Positions 27,380 to 41,835 of a stretch of DNA of 64,000 nucleotides are shown one piece after another. Origin of the DNA: the human T2T-CHM13v2.0 reference genome, Homo sapiens. Position 1 is the first letter of the stretch. Every line of letters starts with the position of its first letter. Under the pieces are notes generated by a model. The model was not told the DNA's origin. It saw only the letters and a program-made list of their open reading frames with translations, and did not search any database. The DNA is taken from the NCBI RefSeq assembly GCF_009914755.1, contig NC_060944.1; one strand, written 5' to 3'. A program made the position numbers and the translations under genes.

Positions 27380-28313
27380 TGACTCAGTGGGCTTAATTCA
27401 AAGCAGGCACTCACATTCTTTAGACTCTTTGTCAGTCTTCCAGGAAATCAAGTTGAACAACAAAAACAAACAAACACCAGCCCTAAATTAAACCAGATAG
27501 GGAGGAAGAAACGTCAATGAATGATGAAGCAAAATAACAAGAGTCAGGAGAAATAAATAGAAACCATTTCAAGGCTCCACCTGCCGTGGCCCCATTAGCC
27601 CCTCCTTTACCTCCCTTTCCTAGAGGAAATCAAAGCAACTCCTATGAGCAATCATTCTAGTCAGCTTCCAGACTTCCAGAGCCTGCTGAATCTAGCTCCT
27701 CCCACCCTGCCCCCAGCAGGTGAGCACACCTGGGATCGCTGCAGGCTGACATTGCATCGTGATTTCTCTGCATCTCAAACAGCCGGCAGCCCTGCAGAAA
27801 CCTCTTCCCCTTGCTGAGATAAAGTATATGAATTAATTCCCTTTTGAGTTAACCCGCGCCTGGTTCCTCTCAGTAACTACTGGTACTGGGATAGAGAAGG
27901 AGTTGGCAGCTCTCTTAGAAAACCAGATAGTTTTCCTTCTTTGTGATGTGCTCAACTTTCTCTTGCCCCAGGCTTGAAAATACATGCCCTGTCTTTAACT
28001 TTCCTTGTGTGAATAACCAGGGCTCAACAAGGTAATAGTTGGGTAAAATTGTTACAGAGGCATTCCAAATCTAAAACAGAGATGTTCCCTGGTAAATCTG
28101 ATCTTATCTAATGTTTCCTAAATGTAAATAGGCCAGAGGGTGTTCCTTTCTGAATACCCTTTAACCAGATACGTTGGAAATCTATTATGTATTGTTTATT
28201 TTAATTTCGTTAAAAATGTTCTCAGGTTTGAAGTGTGATTTCTTTGCGCTCTCATTTAATTTTTTCTTCTTTTTAGAATAAATTATTGAAGACAGAACTT
28301 TTTCAAGGTATTT
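27380..28313 (+). ncRNA. Candidate promoter plus three short non-coding exons (donor at 27719; 27972-28031; 28277-28307)
   Basis: CAG|GTGAGC; CTTTCTCTTGCCCCAG|..CAAG|GTAATA; CTCAT branch + TTTTTCTTCTTTTTAG|..CAAG|GTATTT; upstream AP-1 TGACTCA and GAS TTCCAGGAA. Confidence 0.35.
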
Positions 28314-29739
28314 ATAGATATATCTGAGGTATTCATGATTTATATAAAGTGTACAGGTGAAGAGTTACCTTCTAGTATAGACCTTAAGCATGTTATCATA
28401 GCTATGTGCAATAAAGGTGATATTAAGTTTATTTAATATTGCTACCATTTCTTCTAATCCTTGAATTTTCTCTGGAATAAAGCTGCAGTGTAATGAATGA
28501 GATTAATAAAAATAGAAGGGTTATGTGTAACTGGAAAGTGGGGAAATCACTTTGTTCATTTATGGTAGAATATTTAATTGAGGTTCCTCCACACATGCAC
28601 ATTAGGAAAGTCACTTGGTCTTTAGGTTTAAAAATAATAATTTAACTTCAAACAATCCTTAACTCTTCAAAATGTTTAAGGAATTAAGGGCAAAAAAACC
28701 TAGATATGTTCCACAACTTTGGTGACAATAAACATGAAATATGGAATCCAATTTTTGAAGAATATAGCCAGTCATCCCTTTAAACCACAACCATTTTTAC
28801 ATAATGTATAGAATTAAAAAACACTGGTGAATCAACTCTGTGCTGTGATGTATATTACCAGTCTATTGGATCTGTGTATTGGGTGTTTGGGGAGCATATC
28901 GACATTATGGGCAATGCAGTTATTTCCCATGACATTTTAAAAATCCATTTCTGTATTACATATTCCAATCTAGTGAAAATTACATCTACTCTATTTAGAT
29001 TTGGCATCCAACACTTGTTGGCCATGGCATGTGATGTAATTTAAACTGCTCATGTACATTTAGGAGGAGATTGATTTATAGCCGTCTTTGCCTGAGACAA
29101 GCACAATTTAAACTAATTCTTATTGATCCAGAAAAATTTAAGATTGGTTTTGAAAATTCTCAAGAATAGAGAGTTTTGGATACATTTGAGCCATTTTGCT
29201 AAGCATAATTGTCATGTATATAAAAGCATGAAACTGTTAACACTTATCCTTCTTTGCCTTGGCGTCTTTGTTAGTCATTGCATACCTAAAGGCTAATTTC
29301 TGCTCCAGATGCTGTGATGTCTGCCCAGCTGGCCCAGCTGTTAGGATATATGCTATTTGCAAATGGCAGCATAAATAGCATATCCAGAATATTTTGCAGG
29401 CTGGGGCTTTGCCATTAAAGGCTAAGATATATTTAGTGTCAGGGATAATTGTTTGGTATATTGTAACCAGAATGGAGCTGACAGAATGCCAATAGGTCTA
29501 GCAGAGTGACTCATAAAATAGTCCAATGAAGAAATTATTTACTCAAACATTTCCATATTAGCATGTAATGTGCACTACAAATTGGATTTCCTGTGAACGT
29601 ACAATCATTGTGTGCAGAGTTTGTAAAGGTGTCTGATATTGCAAATGTATCATTTAAGAAGACCAAATTGCATCAGATTCTCTAACCAAGTCTCTTTTAG
29701 CATCTAAAGGAGTAGTTCTTCTAATTATTTTCTGATTGC

Positions 29740-29900
29740 AGGATAGCCTTGTTGGAAATGCTCAACTTGGAGTTGGGAAGAACTGGGTTCTAAATTCTAG
29801 CAATTTCTATGATGACCCGGTGACATTAAACAAATCTCCCATCTTTCCTAATCTTTTCTATTTCTGGTTTCTCAGTTTATAATATTGAAGATACCTGCAT
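29740..29900 (+). mobile_element. MIR, degenerate
   Basis: GAAGAACTGGGTTCTAAATTCTAGC..GTGACATT..TTTCTCAGTTTATAA. Confidence 0.5.
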
Positions 29901-30199
29901 TTTAACTGTTTTTGTGTTTTGTCAAAGAAAGGTGCTTTATACATAGTCTAGGTCTATTTGCTTTTCAACTTTTCCCCAAGATCTTCTGTCTTTAGATGTA
30001 TAGTTTTTTCCTGCTTTTTTTTGTATGTATCTGTTTTTAGCTACCTAGGTATTCATAAGGTGATTAGAATGCAACGGTTACATGGCTTCTTAACCACCCC
30101 TAATTTAGACAAGCATTTCTAAGTAGGACTTCTAATATTCAAGGCAAAGAATATTCTAGAACTCAGAAAGTTTGCTTTTATATTCCAAATTATTTTATT

Positions 30200-30460
30200 G
30201 TTACATCTAAAAAACAGTGGTGTCTGCCCTTATCTGATTCTGGATGCTGCTAAAATATACTGCTGGACAGAAATTTGATTCATTAACTTTTTTGGATCTT
30301 AACCTTTTAAAGGTGCAGTATGTCCATTGAATCTACAGCTTTACCGAAGCCCTTGACAAGGCACTGGTATCCACAAGGAAAGGCGAATGTTGATATACAG
30401 TGACTGGAACTGATTTTTATCAATGTGGATGGTACCAGACTAAGAAAATTATCCATCTGG
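30200..30460 (+). mobile_element. Possible CR1/L3 RT remnant
   Basis: ATCTACAGCTTTACCGAAGCCCTTGACAAG translates IYSFTEALDK, resembling the CR1 RT motif IYLDFSKAFDK. Confidence 0.3.
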
Positions 30461-30739
30461 GCCATGCAATCTGTCTTTCCAGAAAATCACTGAACTACAT
30501 ATCTAATAACACAGTCAGTGAGATAATTTCCTTTTATTGAGTAATTTCCTCATTTGGTAGGGATTTTAAAAGCCTAGGGGCATTTTGAGCATATGGTTCA
30601 GGAACATTATTTTAAAATGTGAATTATCAATAGAATTTCAATACAATCAAAGTAAAATAACTTACTTCCTAAGTGTTACAAATATAAGCAGGATATTTCT
30701 ACAAAGGCTGTTGCTTTTGAGTCAGAGTTAGGAGCTGGA

Positions 30740-31360
30740 GATTAAAAGCTTTTCTTCAGCATTGTTAGAGCAGGGTGCATCATTCTCAATTGCCAGCGGT
30801 CAATTCTCTCCAGACACAGTTGATCGCTCCTCCCACATGAAACAATTTCTTCACTTGAATTCCTCCAACCTCGCTGGCTGTTTCTTCCCAATCTCTTTTG
30901 CTGGTTCCCAGTTGTGTCACTCCCCACTCATTACTGAAGAGCCCTAAAGTTCAGTCCTTGAACTCCTTACCTATCAACAATCATCCTTGCTTATCTCAGC
31001 TAGATTCCGGGCTTTGTATACTGATCAATTACAAATTTGTATCTCCAGCCCAGACTTGTCTGCTGAATTTCCAACTTGTACATTCTGCTGCCTACTCAGT
31101 ATCTCCACTTGGATTTCTAGTAAACATCTAAAATGTGTCATCTCCAAAACTGACTTTCTAATTTATCACGACACTTACTTTCAAAAAATACATGCACACC
31201 TTCTGTAGTTTCCTGCCTCTTAGGTCACAGCAACTCTATTCTTCCACAGTTCAAGCCAAAATTTTCGGTGATCTCCTTGACTACCCTGTTTCTCTTACTT
31301 TCTCTATAAAGTCTCTTAGAGAAAATCTTGTTAGTGCTACCTTCAAAATATCATGGTGTG
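30740..31360 (+). mobile_element. L2 fragment
   Basis: CAAATTTGTATCTCCAGCCCAGAC..CTGCCTACTCAGTATCTCCACTTGGATTTCTAG..TCCAAAACTGAC. Confidence 0.8.
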
Positions 31361-31511
31361 AGTTCAAGCAATGTACTTTTTCTTTTCCTTGCATACTTAC
31401 TCCAGTGGTCTACCTTGTTGAAATATCTAAGATAGGTGACGGCACGGGCCTCCAGGGCCACTCTTAATTATAGGCCTTGTGCCTCAGGGTTTCCTAGGCT
31501 GGCGGTGCGTT

Positions 31512-31556
31512 GGGGGAGGGGGGGGCGGCGGGGCGGGGAGGGGGTGGAGGGTTGGG
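31512..31556 (+). repeat. G-rich tract, canonical G-quadruplex motif with GC box
   Basis: GGGGGAGGGGGGGGCGGCGGGGCGGGGAGGGGGTGGAGGGTTGGG. Confidence 0.85.
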
Positions 31557-31785
31557 AAAGAGAAGAACCTCCATAAAGGTAGAAAATGATTCATCTTATA
31601 TTTCTCTGCAACTTTTTCACCAGTGCTCAGACTGAAAAAAGATGATGACTGGTGGTCATTAAAAAGTTAATTTTCCGTTTACGAGCAAACCTTTTTGGGT
31701 CTTTGAGGTCATATATAGACCACGATAAGCAAATTATCTTATAGATTGTATCTATTTTCAGCTGTTATAAAAGTGTTTTAAATTA

Positions 31786-32244
<459 letters not shown>

Positions 32245-33659
32245 TCAAAGGAATAAGATGATGCGATTTTGAACTAGGAAAGGGTAGATGAGAGCATTTA
32301 TTTATCTAAGATCTTTTGTATAGATAAGCAGAGTAAACAATCACCCTTATATATGTAGCTCTTTAGTCTGCACCAAGACACTGTCCAAGTGGGAAACAGG
32401 GAGACTCAAGCAAATATCCTGTTGGTGTTGTCTCTTTATCCTACTTTAAAAAACACTAGGATCTGGACTGTGAAATCTGAGAGCAGTCTCTGAAGAGACA
32501 CAGATGAAAGTGAAAATGCTGCTCTATTTTCTATCACCCAATTTCTTGTCACAGTTACTATCATTAAAACATATTAAAAACATGGAAAGGGCTGAAAGGG
32601 AAGGTACAAATCTAATAAGATTTGTAATATAAATAACCCTCAGTATGTTTTTATTCCCGATTGCCTTGCCTCCTTAGGTTCTGATATTTAAAGATTGGGT
32701 TAAATATCTCCTTTTCTGTGTATAAGGTATTGGCACAATTTTTTTTTTTCTTATTCACTTCTCCTCATCAGGCAGGTGGTTGAAACTACGTAATGCTTGT
32801 CTTTTATGGCCATTTTCAGAGAGAATCATTTTCACCAGGGGACGATCTCCTGTGTTTTTTGTTTTGTTTTGTTTTTTTACCCTTTTCTCTCAATCTCATC
32901 TCAAAGATAAATGGGAGTTAACAACTCTGGTTAAAATTATGCTCATTTTCAAATGCTTTCTTTATACTTTTTAGCCTTCCATAATATAAATAATATTGTG
33001 GTGCTATTGTAATAACAAATCCAGGGAAAAGAAACACCTTACTGTCCCAGACTGATCTTAGTTTCAGAAAACTCTGCCCTCAGATAGTGGTTATACATAA
33101 TACTTATCCACTGCACCCAATCACCAGGGTGCTATTTTGTAATGAGAAGTCCAGAGAATTTTCTGAAGGCATGACTTAATCATCAAATTACCAGATTTTA
33201 AAAGGCTATTACATGTTTCTATCTCTGTTCATTGATTCTGCATGAGTCATCATCCTTGGAAAGGAAAATGACATTTCCCCCATTGGAAATTGGCAGAATA
33301 CATACAGAAGGCTTAACTTCTAAAGTTCTCTGCATATGGGGCTCTTGAGCTGTTATATCCTCTAGAAACCTTGGTCATTCAGATATTTGTGATTTGTATA
33401 GCGTAGAATGTACTTCACCAATCTTCCTTCTCCACAGAGTATGACAACATCTCTACTGCGTTCATATGACCTTTTTATGTTTATTGTACAACAGTATTTG
33501 CATTCGAATTGGTACCTTAAATTATAATCTCTAAACAAGATTTCTTGGTGCGTTTCATTGGAACAGATTCAAAGAAAGAGATACAGGATAGGATTATCAA
33601 TGGCCTGGCTCGCAGGGACTTATATAGTATGTTCCTGACCTCTCTGGTGGAGTTTAATG

Positions 33660-33810
33660 GAAATGGCTTTGGAGACAGGAAATACTGGGTTCCAGCCTTG
33701 TCTCTGTGGCATACTTACTCCATGAATTTAGGCAAGTTATTTGTCTCTTCACATGGTCATTGAGAAAATGAAATAACAAATCTGTATCAGTAAGGCACCT
33801 GGGACAGGTA
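33660..33810 (+). mobile_element. MIR, degenerate
   Basis: GGCTTTGGAGACAG..CTGGGTTCCAG..TTAGGCAAGTTATTT. Confidence 0.6.
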
Positions 33811-33989
33811 GCCTCTTGATGGATATTACTTTTCTTTTTCCCAGGCTGTCCTGTTGCCATCTTCACACTTTTGCCTAAATGCAGAGTTTGTTTGTTTGTT
33901 TGTTTGTTTTTTAATAGCTAGGGCATTATTTAATCATTTTTGTTAATTGAGAAATATCTGAAGCAGTTTTTAAAAAAATAGGGAGCACT

Positions 33990-34288
<299 letters not shown>

Positions 34289-34989
34289 TTATGTTTGAGT
34301 GCTCAAGCAGTTTTAGTATATGAACAAGTCAAACTCAATATAGTCATGCCAGAGACATTAGCTGCATGTGTGGGAATGAGAGTGGAGTGTCACAGGAGGC
34401 TGAAATCAGAGCCAACCCAGAGTGTTGAACATGATTTCAACTCTTCCAATTGACATGATATTTTTTCCCTTTTTGAGGAGGAAAAAATGCTCTAGCTTGC
34501 TATATCTTGTGTTTGCCACCTGTATAGTGGGCTGCAAAAGCAGGGGGTGCGGGAGCCAAAGGCAATGGCTAATTAGAAAAGTGTATTTGAAATGTCTTGA
34601 ATGCTTCAATAAATAAAATTAACTGACACTATAGCCTTACCAAATTGATGATAATTATATTGGGTTTCCTGTAATTCCAGTGAATGTGGGTTTTAACTAA
34701 ATACACCCACCTTATTGTCAGTTCATCCTTGCATTATTGTGGGAGAAAAACTTCCAGTGTTCAATTTCTTGTATTGTCAGTCATACAACTTAAATTTTTA
34801 ATTTCAGTATAATCTTGCCTTCTCCTGCCTATTTACAACTTCCTGAAAACATATCGAGTGTGGATCCCGTACGTAAGTGAGATTGTCTTCGCTAAGAGCT
34901 TCTTGCAATCACAGGAAAAGGGGAAAAAATGTTGTTACAGCTGATCATTGCCAGAAGGTGAAAGTTCAAGAAGTAGAGAAAAAGAAGAT

Positions 34990-35460
34990 TGTAGCATGTA
35001 ATCAGAGTTCTTGGTTGCATGCTACAGAATCCATTCTATGTAGTTTAATCTGGGAACAATGCAGCCAGGGATGACACCTCAAAAATGCCCAGCCTCAACA
35101 CTAGACTGTCCTAGCAGAAACACTACTGCTGCTATTACCCACATATTGTCACTTACGACATTAAAGTCCAGGGGCCAGAAACTCTGGCACAGCTCCTCAA
35201 GAGAACCAGATACTCTGCCGCCATGCTTTCTCCCAAGGAGCCATTCTTTCATGCAGCTAATAGTTTGTGTTGCTTGCTTTCACCTTCAACATTCACACAT
35301 TTGGGTTGGCTTGGTGGCTCCACATTCATTACAGGCTAGCTCCTGGGGAACCTGGGAAATGTAGTTTTAGCTTTTTGTCTTCTATAGTATAGCAATCAAA
35401 GTAAGCTAGAAGGGTGTTGGAATAGATGCTGGTTGAACTGCTTGTTAGTATCTGCTCCTG
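34990..35460 (-). mobile_element. Old MLT1 (L/N-like) LTR
   Basis: AGAGTTCTTGGTTGCATGCTACAGAATCCATTCT..CTGGGAAATGTAGTTTTAGCTTT. Confidence 0.5.
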
Positions 35461-36796
35461 ATGGAATTGAACTGAAAGATGTTACAGGTGTTTACTCCTC
35501 AGTGGTCCATGTTGGAATGTCACTTTCTGTTTTCAGAAGCTTATTACTATATGTAAAAAACAACAACGACAAAAACTATTGCTTTTTTCTTCTGCACTTG
35601 ATCAAAATTCTGTTTAGGTATCCACATTTTACCATTATATGTATTCAACAGTGCAGAATGCTGGTGACCAGTTTTACTTGTTAACCAAGGCATGGCTGAG
35701 TCCTCAGAGACTTTTAATTTGACTCCATTCTTAGGATGATGTGCTGCATTTCTGCAATGGCACCCACTGGCGTGCAAAAGAAAAACTGGATTTTCCAGGT
35801 TAAGCAGAAACATGGATGCCATACTAAACTCTGAACAGACACATTCATGCATCTTCTTGTCCACCAGCTGCAGGAACTCAGGGGTTTTACTACTTCATCC
35901 TTTTATGCCCAACACCCCATCAGCTCCAGAGGCAGCTTGGCTGCATGCCAATGTCAGTGTAGAATTATCATTCTATCCTCACGGGTTCATATCGTTTGTC
36001 AAGTCACCAAACCCTCAGAAATATTGATGAGTCATCTACCTAGATGTTTTTGTTCATTTGTAAGACTAACTTGTACAGAGTTTTGAGTTTTCTTAAGATT
36101 TTAGAGATATAAATAAACCATCAATTAAGGATTTAGAATTCACTAAAAATAAAAGCTTTAAAAGGTTGTGATTTGAAAGATATGCTTAGTGCTGGAAGGT
36201 GTTTAAGGGTCAACTATTCTGACTTAGAGGAAGATAAAGCAAGTAGTAGGTAAGGGATTTGCCAAAAAATTACATAGCTGGTTAATATCAATGCTGAGAT
36301 TGAAACTCAAGTCCACTGCCTACTGGACGGGGAATGTTTCAAAGGTGCTTGATACCAAAGCATAGGTCCTAAGTCCTCATCATCCTGTATGAAGCATGCA
36401 CATGATGCCACATGGTAGCTGAGGCCATGCTCTGAAGGATGTCTACATGAAACAACCATGAAAAATCATATAATATGGGTTACATTCCCAACCCACATCT
36501 TCTCAAATTCACTAGAAGGTGTCCATTTTGTTGACAAAACTGAATTTGAAGTATATGCAATAAATGACACCAACATTATTTTTATGGCTAAAAGTACTTG
36601 AAGAGCACGCTTCCTGTTTTTAATCACTAGCGTTCCTTTAGCTGCAGTCAGCCATATTTGTTGCTTACATTATAAGCATATTTTTGTTTGGTTTGCTCTA
36701 ATTCTTTGCCCTCTTAAGGGAAAAGCAAGGGAGGTTTATGAAGGGCCTTAAAATGAGAGAAACTAATTAATTGCTGACTTTTTATATTTATCAGCA

Positions 36797-37980
36797 AAGG
36801 AAAACATTTCTCTACTCTCATAACGCTTCTGACACCAAATGTGCGGATTTTCTACACATTACAATTCTCATACCAACTAGGTGTCCTATAATTTAATTCA
36901 GTTCTGGCTCTGGAGTTAGCACAGACCCCACAGTTTAAGGAATCAGCCCCACAGACTGCTCCACTTCAGATGGTGATCATAAGCCTGGGCTTCCTATACT
37001 TCTTACTGACAGGCTATAAATCAGAGGTTTCTCACGATTCCCTCAAGTTCAATAATTTGTTAGAATGGCTCACAGGACTCAGGAAGACACTTGACTCACC
37101 ATTGTCAGTTGATTATAAAGCACACAACTCAGAAACAGCCAAATGAAAGAACGGGGTATGTGGGAAGGGCCGTGGGGAATCCACGTCCTCGCTGGGCTCG
37201 CCACCCTCCCCGCACCTCCATGTGTTCACCAACCTAGCAGCTCTTGGAACCCCTTTATTTGGAGTTTTTGTGGGGGTTCCATTACATAGGTGTGATTGAT
37301 GACATCATTGGCCACTGGTGACTGAACTCATCTCCAGCCCCTCTCCCCATCCTGGAGGAGGGAGAGTGGAGCTGAAAATTCCAACCTTTTAGTCACATGG
37401 TTGGTTCCTCTGGCAAGGGGCTCCCATCCTCTGAGTCACCTTATTAACGTAAACTCGGGTATGCTTGAAAGGGGCTTATTAAGAGTAACAGAAGATGCTC
37501 TTCTCACCCCTATCACTCGGATAATTCCAAGAGTTTCAGAAGCTCTTCTGTCATGAACAGAAAAATTCTCCTGTCACCCCATCACTTAGAAATTTACATG
37601 AGTTTGCTGGGCGCGGTGGCTCACGCCTGTAATCCCAGCACTTTGGGAGGCCGACACAGGCGGATCATGAGGTCAGGAGATCGAGACCATCCTGGCTAAC
37701 ACGGTGAAACCCGGTCTCTACTAAAAATACAAAAAAATTAGCCAGGCGTGGTGGCGGGAGCCTGTAGTCCCAGCTACTCATGAGGCTGAGGCAGGAGAAT
37801 GGTGTGAACCCGGGAGGCAGAGCTTGCAGAGAGCCGAGATTGCGCCACTGCACTCCAGCCTGGGTGAGAGAGTGAGACTCCGTCTCAAAAAAAAAAAAAA
37901 AAAAAAAAAAAAAGAAATGTACATGAGTTTTGTGTCAGGAACCAGGGCAGAGGCCAAATGTATATTGGTATTAAGTCACA
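36797..37980 (-). mobile_element. MER21-family ERVL LTR, with AluY inserted
   Basis: CTTCTGACACCAAATGTG, GAGTTAGCACAGACCCCACAG, TAGAATGGCTCACAG.ACTCAGGAA, CATTGGCCACTGGTGA, ends ..AAGTCACA. Confidence 0.8.
37606..37912 (+). mobile_element. AluY with 18-bp TSD
   Basis: GAGATCGAGACCATCCTGGCTAACACGG, GGAGAATGGTGTGAACCCGGG, GAGCTTGCAG; TSD AGAAAT(T/G)TACATGAGTTT. Confidence 0.97.
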
Positions 37981-38149
37981 ATCAATACGTACTTTTTAAA
38001 AATGTAAATTTATGTATAAATGAAAATAACTACATTTCTTGCTTTCACAAACCTTGTTGTCAATGTGGAATGATTTCTCACCAGTTTAAACACAGTTGAG
38101 TTCTTACATAAGGAAAAATGGGAAGCAGAGGTTAAAACATGTATATTAA

Positions 38150-38375
38150 CTGTGGTGTTCTGAGTGTAGACTCTGGAGTTCAACTATCCAGGTTTGACTT
38201 CTTCCATTTCTGAGCTATGAGGTCTCAGGCAAGCTACTTGCCTTCTCTTTACTTTAGCATTTCATCTATAAATTTAGTATGTCACAGGCACCTAACTTTT
38301 AGCATTGTTGGGAGATTGAGATGGTGCATGTCAAATGCCTGCCATGACACCTTCTCAGAGCTGGTACTCAATAAC
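38150..38375 (+). mobile_element. MIR
   Basis: TAGACTCTGGAGT..CAGGCAAGCTACTT..TCATCTATAAAT..TACTCAATAA. Confidence 0.65.
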
Positions 38376-38390
38376 AGTATTAAACATTTT

Positions 38391-38501
38391 GTCTGGGCAC
38401 TGTGGCTCATGCCTGTAATCCCAGCACTTTGCCAGGCTGACGCCAGAGGATCACTTCAGGCCAGGAGTTCAAGCCATCCTGGGAAACATAGGGAGAGCCT
38501 G

Positions 38502-38532
<31 letters not shown>
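38391..38532 (+). mobile_element. Alu monomer (FLAM-like) with long A-tail
   Basis: Single arm followed by polyA. Confidence 0.85.
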
Positions 38533-38536
<4 letters not shown>

Positions 38537-38625
38537 ATCTCCTGTTCCCATGTTTTCATTCATTTTTTAAGTATTTTTTTTTTAATTATGGCAATTTTTT
38601 TAAGTAAAAAAAAAAAAAAAACAAA

Positions 38626-38750
38626 AGCCAGGCACAGTGGCTCACATCTGTAGTCCTAGCTTCCCAGGAGGCTGAGGCAGGAGGATCACTTGAGCCTAGG
38701 AATTCAAGGCCAGCCTGGGCAACATAGTGAGACCCCATCCTTAAAAATAT
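38626..38750 (+). mobile_element. Alu monomer (FLAM-like)
   Basis: GCCAGGCACAGTGGCTCACA..GGCAACATAGTGAGACCCC. Confidence 0.85.
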
Positions 38751-38907
38751 ATTTTTTAAATGTATGGAGTACCTACCAAGTCCCAGGCACTACTGTAGGC
38801 ACTGAAGGCACAGAATTGATAGATGAGGTCCTTATTCTAGTAGAACTATGAAAATTTTCTTATTCAGAATAAAATTTAGGAAGCAACCAGAAAACACATA
38901 TAGACAC

Positions 38908-39278
38908 TGTCATGCCAGGCCCCTATTGATTCCAACAGGGATGGCTCGGTAAGAGACCCGGAGCCAGTGAATGAGACATAGGGTTTATAGAAGACTTATA
39001 TACAGAACATTCTCGGAATGGGAGGCTGGATAGGAAAACCACTACCATTTGTAAAAAGCATGCATATTATATAGCATGTTCACTTAGCAATCTTCACCAA
39101 GCAACCTTCCTTTAACCCAAAACAAAAGGCCCCTGATCCCTGTATAGTCTGCATTCCAAATGATAGGCCAGGGGTTCAGATGTTATTCATAGATGAGGAG
39201 TGAATCTCCAGCTTGACCACTCCTGGATTCTTCTCAGGGTATGCTTGAGTTATTGCTGTTAGGTGCGTCTGCCATACA
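38908..39278 (-). mobile_element. ERVL solo LTR (LTR47-like)
   Basis: Reverse strand begins TGTATGGCAGACGCACCTAACAGCAATAACTCAAGCATACCCTGAGAA; TG/CA ends; near-TSD GACAC/GACCC. Confidence 0.7.
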
Positions 39279-39453
39279 GACCCATAGCATGATTTTCTCT
39301 AAGAAGCTTTGTGATGCATTTTGGTAAACGTTGTAAAGTTTTAAGTGGACTTCAATTAATTTTTAAAAAGTAAACATACATGAATAAATATCATCCCTCC
39401 CACATAGCTTTAAATTACTTCTGATATGTCCCCGATTTAAAAAAACAAAGGGT

Positions 39454-39770
39454 CAGTCAGGTGTGGTGGCTTACACCTGGCGTGTAATCCCAGTGCTTTG
39501 GGAGGATGAGGTGGGAAGATCGCTTGAGGCTATGAGTTCAAGACTAGTCTGGGCAACATAACAAGACCCCCGTCTCTTAAAAAAAAAAAAATTAGCTGGG
39601 TGTGATGACACATGCACATGCCTGTAATCCCAGCTACTTGGGAGGCTGAGCTGGGAGGATCACTTCAGCCCAGGAGTTCGAGACTGCAGTGAGCTATGAA
39701 TGTACCACTGCACTCTAGCCTGAGCAACAGAGTGAGACCCTGTTTCTTAAAAAAAAAAAAAAAAAAAAAA
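39454..39770 (+). mobile_element. AluJ-like
   Basis: Dimer with GGAGGATCACTT..GAGACTGCAGTGAGCTATG, polyA. Confidence 0.93.
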
Positions 39771-40305
39771 ATCCACCAAGCAAACCAGCAAAAAGTTAAT
39801 AATCTAGGGCTTTACCTACCTGGTACGAAATAAAGGAAGCATAATAGAGAAAGTTCTCAGAACTGGCTGTGCCCCTGGTTCCGGGTGGGCAAACTCCCTA
39901 TTACTTATATAACCTTCCTCACTTGCTTGAGAGAAGGGAGTTGCTGGGAGTTCTTGTTAGAGGTTTTGCAGAAATTGCCCACAGCTGAGAGTTTCTAATT
40001 TAGAGTCATTGTTCCAGTGAATGGAAATGAGCTGAAGGAACAGCCGTGACACTCACTTTCAGCTAAGCAAGGAGACCTGCCCTGGGAACAGGCGGAGTGA
40101 AAAGCCCAGTCCTGAGCATTACCCAGCTCCTTTGACCTTTTCTCTCCAGAGCTACATCTCTCTTTCCTTCCCTTCTCCTGCATCACAAAAAAACCTGTTA
40201 AAAGTTATCCATCTTTCTTCTTTGAGCATGAGAGTCCATACAAACACTTCCATTTCATGTATACCCAAATTCCAAGTGATCCTGAAGGAACATTTAAAGT
40301 TGAAG

Positions 40306-40610
<305 letters not shown>

Positions 40611-41115
40611 AAACTCATGTAAAGTTGAAGTTTAAGTGGCAGAGAGAATGCTGTGCTGATGAAATTTGGATAATTATATAACTAATTTCTGGCAACATTG
40701 TAATATGATGCCAGGGTGTCTTCTTTTCTTTTATATAGACAAAATATATTGTTGAGATTTTTAAATAAGTATTAACGAAATAGAAAGAATAGTCTTCAGA
40801 GAAAAACTCTTTTAACGTAACCTTTTTTTTTTAACCACTTCCATGAGAAATTGTCAGGGTTGTCAACATCATGCTTCATGGCTTTTGAAATCTGGACTTT
40901 AACACAAAATCCCTTTATACATACTGGAAATTATTGTGCTTTTTGGATAAGATTGAGGTCTTATTCAAAATTCTTACAATCATAGAATCAGATAACACAC
41001 TATCATTATCTGTGACAAGAGGATAGGAATGGGAAGGATAATTAAAATGCTAGCATTGGGTCTTTCAAATTATGTTCTCTGAATCTTAGCACAGAAATAA
41101 AATATTAGAATTTTA

Positions 41116-41420
<305 letters not shown>

Positions 41421-41629
41421 TCAGTGTCTCAAACTTTTGTTTTAATGCCATAATTCAACTTTAATGGCTCTTTGTAGACTAAAATTAATATCTGCAGAAA
41501 ATAGCCATTTAAAATAACTTACTATTTATAGAAAAATAACATAAGGCACTTGTCATTTATTGAAGGTAATGGTTTACTCTGAAATTTGTACAGTGAGGAT
41601 TGGAATTTTTATTTGTATTTATTTAAAAC

Positions 41630-41835
41630 ATACTTATTTTGTTCTAGGGATGCTCTTTATAGGTGATAACTCATTCAGTCATCATTACCTATGAGAAAGG
41701 TATTATTATTATTTTTTTACTTTACAGTTAAGAAAGATCAGGAACTCAGAAAGGTTAAATAACTTGTCAAGTTGCACAACTGATAAGTAGGTAGAACCGG
41801 GACTTAATTCCAGGCCATCTGGCCCTCAGAGTTCC
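41630..41835 (-). mobile_element. MIR
   Basis: CTCAGAAAGGTTAAATAACTTGTCAAG..ACAACTGATAAGT. Confidence 0.75.

Noticed and set aside
32678-33850. Additional plus-strand acceptors (32677, 33437, 33845) and a possible 49-nt exon
   Set aside because: Weak or missing donors and no ORF; such motifs are frequent in T-rich DNA
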